DNA of 64,000 bases from Epithemia pelagica (taxonomy: Eukaryota; Protista; Bacillariophyta), in NCBI GenBank assembly GCA_946965045.2, contig OX337234.1:2666001-2730000 (forward strand), written 5' to 3'. The notes under the pieces were generated by a model. That model searched no databases. It was not told the origin of the DNA and worked only from the letters and a program-made list of their open reading frames with translations. Position 1 is the stretch's first letter, and the number at the start of each line of letters is the position of its first letter. The position numbers and the translations under genes are program-made. This document shows, piece by piece, positions 44,141 to 55,123 of this stretch.

Positions 44141-44554
44141 TGTTTTGAGTTTTCAGCTTATCTTCATTATTTGGTTAGCTTCATCGTAACTAATCCTATG
44201 TTGTGTGTGTGTCGTTTGTCTCCATCATTTTTTCATTTATCAGTTCTTGGATCCATTGTTCCATTGTGGTTTGTTGTGTCACGTAGCACACACAAAGGGC
44301 TGAGGATGCACACCGATCACCGATCCATACAATTGCCTACATAGATAAAGAATAACATTGCCCTACATCAATGAACATGGATCACATATGCCATGGGACA
44401 CGAGTCTTCAAGTAGATGTCCGATCAAAGTCATGTGTTTCGTCTCCCCATGTGTGATCTGTCACACATCAAGTTGTTCTTGTAGAAAACAACGAGTCTCA
44501 AATCTCTCTGATAAACCGGAAAACCGGAAAACATGCCATAAAACCACAAAACTG

Positions 44555-45627
44555 ATGTCGGACACCGGTAAATGGGGCAAGGACAACGACGCCAAGCTTC
44601 ACGTGTTGTTCAGCAAGCCTGTGTCTAAAGGTGGGGTCTCGACCACAAATTTAGACCAAAAGGCTATTGAACAAGTCCGCCAGCAGCACTTTCCGGAGCG
44701 AAAGTACCGTAACTTTGCTCCCCTCTTCCGAAAGAAGGCACGACAGTGGAACGTGGATCAGACGTTGAGTGGTACTCGGAAGCCTCAAGGTAAGTACCAC
44801 GGATGTGAGTGTTTCAACTACTGCATGTCTAACTCATTTGTGTTGTACTAGAAGAGGACACCGGCGCTGCTGAACAAGAGGAGGACGACGAAGCAGAGGT
44901 GGACGGCAGTGACAACGGTGAAGAAGTCAGTGAGGACGAGAACGAAGACGAACAAGTGGACGGTATTACAGAGCTACTGGGAAAGATGAGTGTCGGTAAG
45001 GCCCCCACCAAGAAGCCTTTTTCCATGGATGTGGCGTTTCCCTACTTCCTCTACGAGTATGAAGAAGCCGACGAAAAACACTGCAGTGTTGACTTTTTGG
45101 TCTATGGCCTGCCAAACAGTGCCTACCGCCCCAAGGTCAGTCCCGGTGGTCAAGAGCTTCAACTCGGAGTTATAGTTTCTCCATTCTTTGTGAGCGATGA
45201 CCGTCTATTTGTTGCGAATGACGAGATCAACGAAAACACCCACAAGGCCACTGCCTACAAGATGGCAGTCGACAGCATCAAGAAAAAACACGGAGATGGC
45301 TCCGTGGAACAACGTCTGATGGGCGACCCGCAGAGTGTGAAGCTTCCATTTCCAGTTGAGGAACAAATTTCTTGCTGGGAAGTCCAAGCCTTTGGAAACA
45401 ACGACACCGACTTTCATCTTGGTGGAGTGCAGCAGATGGTCTTCATCCTTGCCGTCGATCTTGTTGCTAAGGAGAAGCGTTACAAAAAGAAAGAGGGTGG
45501 GATCCGCGTGTTTACCACCCCAACTACCCGACGCCGCAACAACAACAACAACAATAACCGCAGGGGCAATGATGATGACGACTATGACTATGATGACGAC
45601 GATGCCACCCATATGGTTCAGGACTGA
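44555..45627 (+). CDS. Transposon ORF2 (putative DNA-binding partner), 2 exons (44555-44789, 44852-45627), ~336 aa
   Basis: 62-bp intron GTAAGT...CTAAC...TAG joins in frame. Basic Trp-containing N-terminal domain, acidic linker, globular C-terminal part. Position matches the Myb/SANT-like partner of Harbinger elements. Confidence 0.75.
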
Positions 45628-45970
45628 ATCTCATTCGAAGAACAACAACGACCACTATGGCCTGACGGTGCTTTCAGTTATGATCTTGACAGTAAATATT
45701 ACTCCTAGTTAGTTCTCCAGTATTTCACTACCTTCTATTTCACTTGCTAGGAGTGTCCGTGGCCGACGTTGCTAACATCAGGCGCAAAAGGCAATTTCGC
45801 GATGTTCCGGTGATCCAGAAGGCCGGCGTGATCATTTTCATTTTGACCAGAAATTTTCTTCATAAAAGAAAAAAAACGAAAATGAAAATGATTGGTCGCG
45901 GAGAGCGGCCGGACGGCTAAGAAGCGGACATCTAGTCGGAGGGAATTCTCCATCCCACACCGAACACTAA

Positions 45971-46757
45971 GGCCCTGTGTCCAGGGAATGTGTTTTCGAG
46001 GTCTGAAATCGAGTTTCGAGTTTTGAGGTGGGGCTCTGTCCCTACCTTGAAACAACGATCTGGATGTACGTGTCCAGGTAAAAACTGTATTTTCGAGTTT
46101 CGAGTTTCGAGTTTTATTTTTCAATACTCGTGCACTCCCATGCTTCCCCCCTACCGGCGCATGAACGAGCACAACGGCAATTGACAATGACGACAAACAA
46201 ATGTCGCTTGAGTACTCCTAATTCCTAATATTACATTGCATAACGGGAGAAGGTAGAATATTTGTAGAGCCCGTCCATGGAGCAGGATGCGGGCTTTGTT
46301 CCGTAACCATGTCTCTATGGAGAGATGAGAACTATTTGCTTTTGACCATTGACAGTGGTTGTGACCATTACTTCCATGGCAGCGACAGGTTAATAATACT
46401 TGCTTATTTTCTAGAGAAGCTCTTACTTATATCACATCAATCATTGTGCTAGGAGTACTATTGTCTATGATGGACAAGAGAGATTGCCTCGTTGTTGTTG
46501 TCGGAGAGATCGAAATGAGAGACAGAGAGCCCGGCGGCTGAAAGGTGGGTTTTGTAGGAGCGCGTGGGGCTCTTTGCAAAACTCGAAACTCGAAACTCGA
46601 TTTCAGAATCTTGGCAAGGTCGTTGGGGGATTGCCAAGATTTGGGGGATTCGAGGTTGTGTTTTCGAGTTTTCAAGGGGACCATAACCTATTGGCTCAAC
46701 CTCGAAACTCGAAACTCGATTTCAGAACTCAAAAACACATTCCCTGGACACAGGCCC
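45971..46757. mobile_element. Tourist-like (PIF/Harbinger) MITE, 787 bp
   Basis: TAA TSD at 45968-45970 and 46758-46760; 58-bp TIRs (54/58 identical) starting GG(C/G)CCTGTGTCCAGGG; subterminal CTCGAAA repeats. Confidence 0.88.
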
Positions 46758-46844
46758 TAATAATGGTAAAGTAAATGGATGCCGACTAGGCTCTTGTAGG
46801 ATTTTAAGGCCAATCACTGAACTCAGCCGTTCCATCCCGAGGGG

Positions 46845-48010
46845 TACTGTCGGTGACCACCTATTAATCGTATGTACGTCGTCCGCACAGAACTCTGTCC
46901 TCCTCCCCCATAAAATCTCCCAAAAGCAAATCGTCATGTAGAATGGCCGGCGTGCAAGTGACCGTTGAAGGTTGGCGGGCGTCCTCTGATCAACACGATT
47001 CAAATTCCAGACGCTCGCGAGCGACAGCCCATAAAAACCGTGAGTGGAGGGCCCTATGCCCTATCACGGTACCGGTAAGACCATCGGCCATGGCACATGA
47101 ACCGCGGACCGAATCATTGTAGACTGTAGACAGAGCGCGTCGTTCCTTCAGTTGTTGTTTGTGCCAACTGTTTCTTCTTAGAATTGATAAATTGGTAGTG
47201 TTCTCGCCCATTTTCTCATTGTAGGGCTTGTCACATCCATGGTTCGAGTTGTCTACTAGGTAGGGGACGCTTTGGTTTCTTCTTACTCCTTGGAGTAGTA
47301 ATCCAAGTTGTAGATGGCAAACTGCATGAGGCTGATTGTCACCACTTTCTTTCTAGGCTATTGCTCATTGAGACCAATTCATAAGAGTAGTGTTTGCTAT
47401 ATCTTCTTCATGGTGAAGACGAGGAAGGAGAAGAATGCAGACAATAAAGGCAAGAGAATCCCTGCTAGAGCCGGACACCATTGACATTGATATTTACCCC
47501 TACTCCTATGATAAAATAAAGAACAGGAATTCTACCTAGACTAGTATCAAAGTAAAAGGGCTACAAATGAATCAATCATCAAGACTACTCCTAACAAGCA
47601 AAATTGGACCGGTGAAAAGTGGGACGTCGCAACGAGTCCAGAAAATGGGGCTCATGGGGTGTATGCAAACAAAAGCAACAGGGAGGGACTATTGAGATGC
47701 TCATCCTTAGCCTAGTTGCAGCTCTGTCTTTCTTGACGTACCTGGGTTGCATGGTAGCTGACAAACCATGCCATTGCCAATTGCCATTGGCAATGGAGGT
47801 TTGTTTGTTTTTTTGGGGAGCGTGTGCGAGATTCGTGCACAACCACCAACAGCAACCGTCATGCACGCTGGGCCGCTCAAACGTGACACGGAAATGCCGG
47901 CGTGTCCTTTCTGATTTTTTATGGAAAATAGGATTTGAATCAAGAAAAAATCTCCATTGGGGAGAAAGTTTGCGGACGACGTACATACGATTAATAGGTG
48001 GTCACCGATA
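46845..48010. mobile_element. Non-autonomous TIR element, possibly hAT-type (1.17 kb)
   Basis: Perfect 38-bp inverted repeat at 46850-46887 and 47971-48008, weaker similarity further inside. Flanked by CCGAGGGG/CCGAGGGT (7 of 8 identical; candidate TSD). Confidence 0.6.
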
Positions 48011-48264
48011 CCGAGGGTTCTATGGCATCATGATACGTACTTTGTATTAATATCGATCCTTTGTTTTGGTTTCGTCCGTTGGGTATTCGGAGAGAATATG
48101 CGACTAACGTGTAGTTACCGGAAGTTGCAGTATTTTTGATCTCATTCGTTTTCCTCGTCTTCAGGATATCGGCGATGCATTCGAGTGACAGGAAACTCCC
48201 CATGCGTTAGGCACGCCCGATCGGTGCTATGCATGCGCTATTTCCCTACAGATTCTTGTACATA

Positions 48265-48422
48265 TGTCTTATTCCTACTGATAGAATCCTCGTAAAAGAA
48301 AGACTAAGAGAAGACATTACGCTAGATCCAACGCATGCAAATCAGTAAACCAGTAAGGGGTAATGACCGTACGTTTGGGTCCCGAATGTAGTCCCGAATG
48401 ACGTATCGACCCGAATAAGACA
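48265..48422 (-). repeat. 3' LTR of Copia-2
   Basis: TGTCTTATTC...GAATAAGACA; identical to 54630-54787. Confidence 0.95.
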
Positions 48423-51400
48423 GTCCCCGAAGTGCGACGATACCAGGTGATGGAGGACTTGACCGGTTAAAGATGAGCGGGATTGATACCATTCGTGGAT
48501 AAGGTGGGGGGGACCACCGGGTCCAAAGGCAGAGGAGTAAGTAAATTGTGAGATGAGGGCGTTCCGCCGATCCTGTGGAAGTATCTTTGTGAACAAGTCC
48601 GCAATATTGGACTCCGTGTCCTCCTTGCCCACGCGAATGATGGATGCCGCAACTGCTTCTCTGACCGAGTGATAATTGATTGCATTGTGGCGTTTGTTCA
48701 GGACCGACGCTGGTAAACTGGTGTTCTTAACGACGCCACGGTTGTCGCACAAGATACTCGCTGGTCCAACGATGGGCACTCCGAACATACGGAGCTTATA
48801 ACGCAGCCCCACAATCATCTCTTTCGCAATACAGAGCGCAACGAATTCACTTCCGAAACTGGATGTTTCGACAGTATTTTGCCGCTTGGAGTACCAGAGT
48901 ATCGGTGCATTTTGCAAGAAGATGATGATGCCCGTGTGGGAACGCCGTGTGACCATGTTTCCAGCGTGGTCGGCGTCGACAAAGCAAGTCATGGCGATCG
49001 GTTTGCCCAAAGGGTCCGGCATGTTGGTTGGTATTTCTTCTGCGACGCTCCCGTAAAACTCGCGCCATGCGCCCACGGGTACTTGTGCGAAGCAGTTTTC
49101 GTCGAGAATTACATCTTTCGGGTCGAATACAGTCTTTAATTTGGGATGCTTCTTCAGGAACGCAAAGACATGATAGACGGCGTCCAAATGTCCAACACGT
49201 GGGTTTGCCAAGTACTGGGAAAGCAAGGACACTTCCAGGTATATGTCTACCCGCCCCAGTTTGACTGCCCACCGTAACACACCAATCAACTGTTGGTACC
49301 TGGACGTTAGCTTCGGCTCAAGCTCGGGACTGGTGTCCAATTCAGGCTTGTAAGATGACGGTACTGGAACTTTTGCGGTGGTCTTCAGATGCTTGCCGTG
49401 ACCATCCTCATTCAACAACTCCTCTACTATACGCACTGCATTCGTGACGTATTTTTCACTCGTCATCCCCCAAGCCCACGAACCATTTGGCAGGTTGTGT
49501 TTGTAAATCTGGGCTCCGAGGTAAATCGTTGGTTCACCGGTGCTGCCGGCCTTTATTTTGTAATGCTTGTCGATTTTGTCTAACACTGGTTGTGGATCAT
49601 GGCTTACCAGGAGGATATCATCCACATACACGAGAATGAGCTCGTAGTACTCCTCTCCCGTCTCTTTCCTTCTCTTGCGCCGCAGGACGCACGCGTCCGC
49701 TTGTGTGTCTACGAAGCCCATGTCATAGAGGGTGATCATGAGAGTCGCCCGCCAGCTAGCTCCAGAGGATTTTAAGCCGTATAAGGCTCGTTCCATTACA
49801 CAGACTTTCCCTTTGTCTTCGTTTCCTACCTCTGGGCCACCGAGGAACCAAATCTTCTCCCGGCAGGGTGCATTGAGGTAGGCATTCCCGATGTCACATG
49901 CCAATACCTTGAGACCATTTAGTGCAGCCACCAAAAATGCGATCCGAATTGAATCTCGGCTTACGACGCTAGAGTAAGTAAGACTGGCAGGCGCGTCAGT
50001 CATGTGCCCGCCCGCCACCAGACGTGCTTTCCTTGTTAGATCCATCTTTATGTCGAAAACCATGTGGCACGTTATTTCCGTGTAACCGATAAGCTGCCGT
50101 CCGGCTCTCACCTCGTTGGTGTCTAGGTCATCTCTAGCCTCCCAAGCTACCTTGACTACCTTTAGCTCCTTGTCGATCGCTTTCCTCCAGAAGTCCGTTC
50201 CGGTTAGCTCGTCTATCTTGAGGGCTTCTTCGACCGAATGTGGTAGCTTGATCCCGTACTTGTGAGTCGTTTTCCAATACTTTTTCTTCACTTTCTTTAC
50301 CAGTCGCCTTAGATGATTCATGGTCTGTGGTACCCACCACTTAAAGGCGGGTTCGTCTGCTATACCTTGTGCGACCTCATATTCTGCCACTTCTACGGCA
50401 TATCCTTCCTTCGCTTCCTTCAGCGGCACCCAGATTTGGTTCCCATCTCGACACTCGACAGCAATCTCCCAACCTTTTGTTGTTCGACGTGGGTGTTTGT
50501 TTCCATTGGACGAGTACCTGTGTCCGTCTTCCTTGGCGACGGCGTCCCCGTTTTTCCGATGCCCGACGACTTCGGTGATGACGACGTGTCTCTTTCCTTC
50601 ACTATCGAGCCTCGAGAAAAGATTCTCGGCTACCATGTTGGCTGTATTCGTGTATGACGCCTCCTGGGAAACTCACGTCGTAGGTACGTGTGTCGAATTT
50701 CGGATTGCGGTTTGCCTTGCCCACTGGTTTCCCGTCTAACCCTTTCTGTCTCTTGGTGACGGTTCCAAGCAAACCTTCTCCGCCGTCTTCAACGCGGATC
50801 TGTGCACCGACGTATTTGTCATAGCCGTCGCCGTATTCGTCTGCCTCTGGTCGCTCATCCACGAGCATGTCCCCGTACTCTTCATCCGTTGGTACGATCC
50901 CTGCCCGTCCCCGTTTTTCTTCTTCCAATTCAACATCCTCCAAGAATCCTGGTCCACTTCCGTCTTCATCGGTGAAACCATTGTCGTTCAACCGTTCCTC
51001 AACAATCAACGTGAATTGCTTCACTTTCTCGGCCACCTCTGTTTTTGCCATGTCATCGTCTGTAACGTGCTGCACCGTGGTTCGCGCAATGACCTTGCCG
51101 GATTTTGTCAAAATCCAGTAACAAAGATCAGAGCCGATGCGGTGCGCGATTCCGAACCACCTGCCGAGTTGTACTGGGTCCTCCGTGGCGTCGGCCTTTA
51201 TGTTGTTGTGGAACCAAACTAGGTCATAGAACGAGAAGTCAACCCACTCGGAAATGTCGGGCGTCTCTCCGGAGAGTCGTTCTATGCCCGATCGGCCGTC
51301 TTGTCCCCGGGCGACTCGACTGAGAATGCCTGCCTCGTAGACTAAGCCAAAATCCCACAGGCGTTTCGGTACATTCCCATCGGTCATGCGGCGATGCCAA

Positions 51401-54400
51401 CGCTGCTTGAGGAGTCCGATTTCACGCTCCGCCTTGTGGTTTTGTTTTCCGGTTTGCTTCTCGGACCATTGCATGTCGATTCGATGAAGGCGCACAAGCT
51501 TCTGGAACAAGGTCGATTGGCCAGTTTGCTCGCCCGCAAGGTCGGCAGTGAGGCGATCAGGGATCCCAACTTTGTCGATAAAATTCGAAAGAGCTTGGCC
51601 GACGTACGTCTTGCTAGATAGTGGGTAGATAGCAGTAAATTGCCCGTCAGTAAACACCTGTGCGCATTTGTTTCCCGACAGCGACAGTGTCTTCGAGAAC
51701 AAGGTGTCCGTGTAGATCCTGGTTTGGAGCCGATTCCGGTCCAATGCTAGGTTATCTACGCGATATCGCCGCGTAATAGGCGAAATTGCCGTTCGGATAC
51801 CCTGTTGGGTGATGACTCGGAGGGTCGCCCGCGCAGATTCTAGCCCGATCTTCCACTTGCGACTGATGGACTCAGCAGTGACTGCTGAATGTCGCGAGCT
51901 CTCGACTTGACGGACTCGTGGGATACTTGCTAGCTCGCTCTTAATCCCGTCGGGTGTGAGAAGACTCGACACGTGTCCAATTTCTGCCATGCTTGCGCCA
52001 TATGATTCACCATGTGGTGTCTGATCCTGTCGTGTCAAGTCAACCTGTTGTGGGTCCCAAAGTTCCTGCCGAGTAATCGTGATCGAAGGGAGTCGTTCCA
52101 TATCTTGTGCACTCGGTGCTCTCGACTCAAAGAATACAGTGGTTCCGTGCAGTTGGAACGGAATGTGCATCCCCTCAGCCCAAATGCCAAACCCGTCTTT
52201 CATCCTTGTCGGGTCATCACGTAAGTCATGCCCAGCGTATCGGATCTGGTTTTGGTTTGGCAAAGACTTATCTAACCTATTTCCGAACCACAGCATTTGG
52301 TGTCCAATCAGAACCACTTCCATCCCTGACTTCTCCTCACGAACCACCGTCGCACAAGTGGCCACCGGCACGGAAGACTTCCCTACCTGGTTCCCGGCGA
52401 AGTCATTCACCGTGCATTCCATGCCAGTCGTCTCGATGAGACGCCAATTCTTCCCTGCGCAGCACGTGTCTGCCATGGTATCCATCTCATTCCTGCCCAT
52501 CTTCCCTTCCGTGTCTTGACTCAACAACCAACCCTTTTCGACTTTACCGACGAGGCGCTGAGGCCCACAATTCACAACTGATACGCGTCCACTGCCCCCT
52601 GCAGTTGATCCATCCCCGTTATTGTATGCGCCGTTCCCGAACCGACGTCCATTGGTGCTTCCCCGATCCCCATTATTGGTGTTTCCCGTGTTTCCCCCGT
52701 CTGCTGACCGTTCCCCTTGATCATTGTTGGTGATATCGGTGATGACCGACTGGTCGGCCATTTGAATTTCGTGGACGCTGCGTCCCGCACCGCCGCCACG
52801 GCCACCGCCGCCACCACGTCCCCGGCCGCCGAAACCACGGCCACCGCCACCACGGCCGCCACGAATGCGGGCACGTTCTTGGTGAATATAGGCTTGGCCT
52901 TGTGGACCGAGCGTGACCATTTCTTGCGAGGAGAAACGGCGGGTAACGTCTGTTACATCTACTCCATAAAAGGTGTACACCCCATTGTTATGGGACAACC
53001 CGGTGAAGTTGCGTGGCCGATTGCTTGGTGCCTGTTGTGAGGCGGCTTCCGATACGAAGCGGTGTCGTCCTTGATTGCGTCTATTGCCGATGCTGACATC
53101 AGGGAAAGTCTCAGAGATCTCACGGGAAATGTAAGTTATCGCGCCGTTAAGGTCCACCCGGTAGTTGCTACGAACGTGACCTTTTATCACGGCAAACTCA
53201 GCGGAGGAGATCTTGATGTTCTCTAGAAGAATCCGGACTTGGTTAGAAGGCATTCGACGATTCGGGGTATTCTCGAGGGTACGGAATGCCCGAAGTAGTT
53301 TAGCCGAGTAAGCATCGAAACTAAAAACGCGTTCGTTCTGATAGAAGATGCTTTCTAGGATGGCCTCAGCATGGGAGATCCTCAAAGTGATCAACAAGAG
53401 CAAGCCATGCGCGTCGACCATCTTGTGATGCTTGGAACGGTTGGATCCAAGTGGCAGGCTGGTCTTTGACCAAGTCACTTAGCAGACGGAAGACTTCCTT
53501 GTTATCTTCCCTATAGTATGGACCGCCCAAGGGGTAGCTATATAGCTCTTGTTCTCGAGTGCTAGCGAAGACATGGGAAGGTTCTAGGTCGGGACGGATC
53601 ACATAGTCAAGTGGGGCCTTCTGTTTCCCGAAGATATGGGACAGATAGGTCGGGAATTCCTGCGACCAGTCTTCCCAGTCTTCTTCCTTGAGGGACGAAG
53701 GCTTAATATCGGGTGACGTCGACTTCTCGGCTTGAATTTCCATTGCGTCTAGTGATTCTGCGAGTACACCGTGATCAAAGTCGCCATAGTTAAGGCGACG
53801 TCCCTGGCGACGCGCTCTTGCCGACCAAAAGCAAAGCCCTTGGATATTCTTGACGACACTCGTCGGGATGGCGACGTTGTGGGGATAAGGGCGCTTCTCG
53901 AGGCGTGACACAAGGCTTGTCACATCATCGGATGTCATCCGGCCGAAGGCTTCCAGAGTGTTAAGCCTTTCCGTATGTTCCAGTGCGTAAATCTCGTAGG
54001 GATTGGCCCCACAGGTTGTGAGAGCTAAACCCACTGCGGACAAGGGTGGGGGAGGTGGAGGAGGAACGCCTGGAGGTACGGCGCCACCGCCGCCTCCTCC
54101 TCCTCCTCCAGCGCCTCCTCCTCCACCTGCACCACCGCCGCCTCCAGCGCCTCCGCCACCAGCGCCTCCACCACCAGCGCCTCCACCACCGGCGCCTTTT
54201 CCCATTGCACCGCCTCCTGCTCCTCCAGCAGCTGCTGCTTTTTCGCCTCCTGCACCGGCTCGACCGCCGGCACCTCCAGTTCCAGCGGTGCCTGCTCCAG
54301 CAGCGCTACCGCCCGTCCCAGGTGCACCACCCGGTGCACCCATCCCAGGAGCCACTCCCCCCGTAGCTGTACCGGCTGCGGTCCCCGCGCCAGGAGTACG

Positions 54401-54586
54401 AGTTGCACCTCCTGGCGGCGGGTCTCCTCCGACACGAGTGCCGGGTGCAGGTTTCGTCCCCACGTTTTGACGTGAGGTACGATCGCCGCTTTCCGAGACT
54501 CCGGGATCTCCACTTCCCCTACCAGTTCCACTCCCCGCGGATGTCGCAGCAGCCGCTTTCGTGTTTGCACGTGTCGATGTAGTCAT
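48342..54586 (-). pseudogene. Copia-2 gag-pol broken by two frameshifts (near 53385 and near 50643)
   Basis: Three ORFs carry consecutive domains: gag, then PR (MDTMADTCC) and IN (YTDT, TADL, AERE), then RT (RALYG, YVDD) and RNase H (FVDADHAG, CDN, ADLFTK). Confidence 0.9.
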
Positions 54587-54629
54587 TCTTCTCTCTCTCG
54601 ATGTTCAACAGACGATGGGTCTGATAAAC

Positions 54630-54787
54630 TGTCTTATTCCTACTGATAGAATCCTCGTAAAAGAAAGACTAAGAGAAGACATTACGCTAGATCCAACGCA
54701 TGCAAATCAGTAAACCAGTAAGGGGTAATGACCGTACGTTTGGGTCCCGAATGTAGTCCCGAATGACGTATCGACCCGAATAAGACA
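54630..54787 (-). repeat. 5' LTR of Copia-2
   Basis: Identical to 48265-48422. Confidence 0.95.
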
Positions 54788-55123
54788 CATATTGTATCAC
54801 CGCTCGATTCGTACTTGCACACGCCGGCCAGTCGCATGTGCACCGTCCGTCCGGCGGCTGCTCGCGAAATCTGACAAGTCCCTCACAAATTCAATGGTGC
54901 AACTGACACAAGAAGATGCAAGAAACGTCAAGTTGCCATGAAGCGAATGCGATCAAATATCATCCAATCGGCCTATCCCATTGTCCTCTTCACTTGCGAG
55001 AGTTCGTCGCATGCTGAGACGCATCATGGAGTACCTACTAGGTAGTTGAGGTGTGTAATGTTCCATAGCAACGACCACAGTCTTTCGATTAATCTCTCCC
55101 TCCTGCTTCCCGCACAGTCAGTA

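Larger units (their letters stand above)
42212..45808. mobile_element. PIF/Harbinger-like DNA transposon (3.6 kb) with two divergent genes
   Basis: Perfect 65-bp TIRs at 42212-42276 and 45744-45808; GGT on both flanks (42209-42211, 45809-45811); encodes a DDE transposase plus ORF2. Confidence 0.9.
48265..54787 (-). mobile_element. Ty1/Copia LTR retrotransposon, 6.5 kb, second CoDi-type lineage
   Basis: Identical 158-bp LTRs with TG..CA ends and a 10-bp terminal IR; CATA duplicated on both flanks; gag-PR-IN-RT-RH order. Confidence 0.96.

Noticed and set aside
54003-54570. Poly-Pro (54003-54470) and Glu/Val-rich (54025-54570) ORFs
   Set aside because: Antisense or alternative-frame shadows of the Gly/Ala-rich part of Copia-2 gag.
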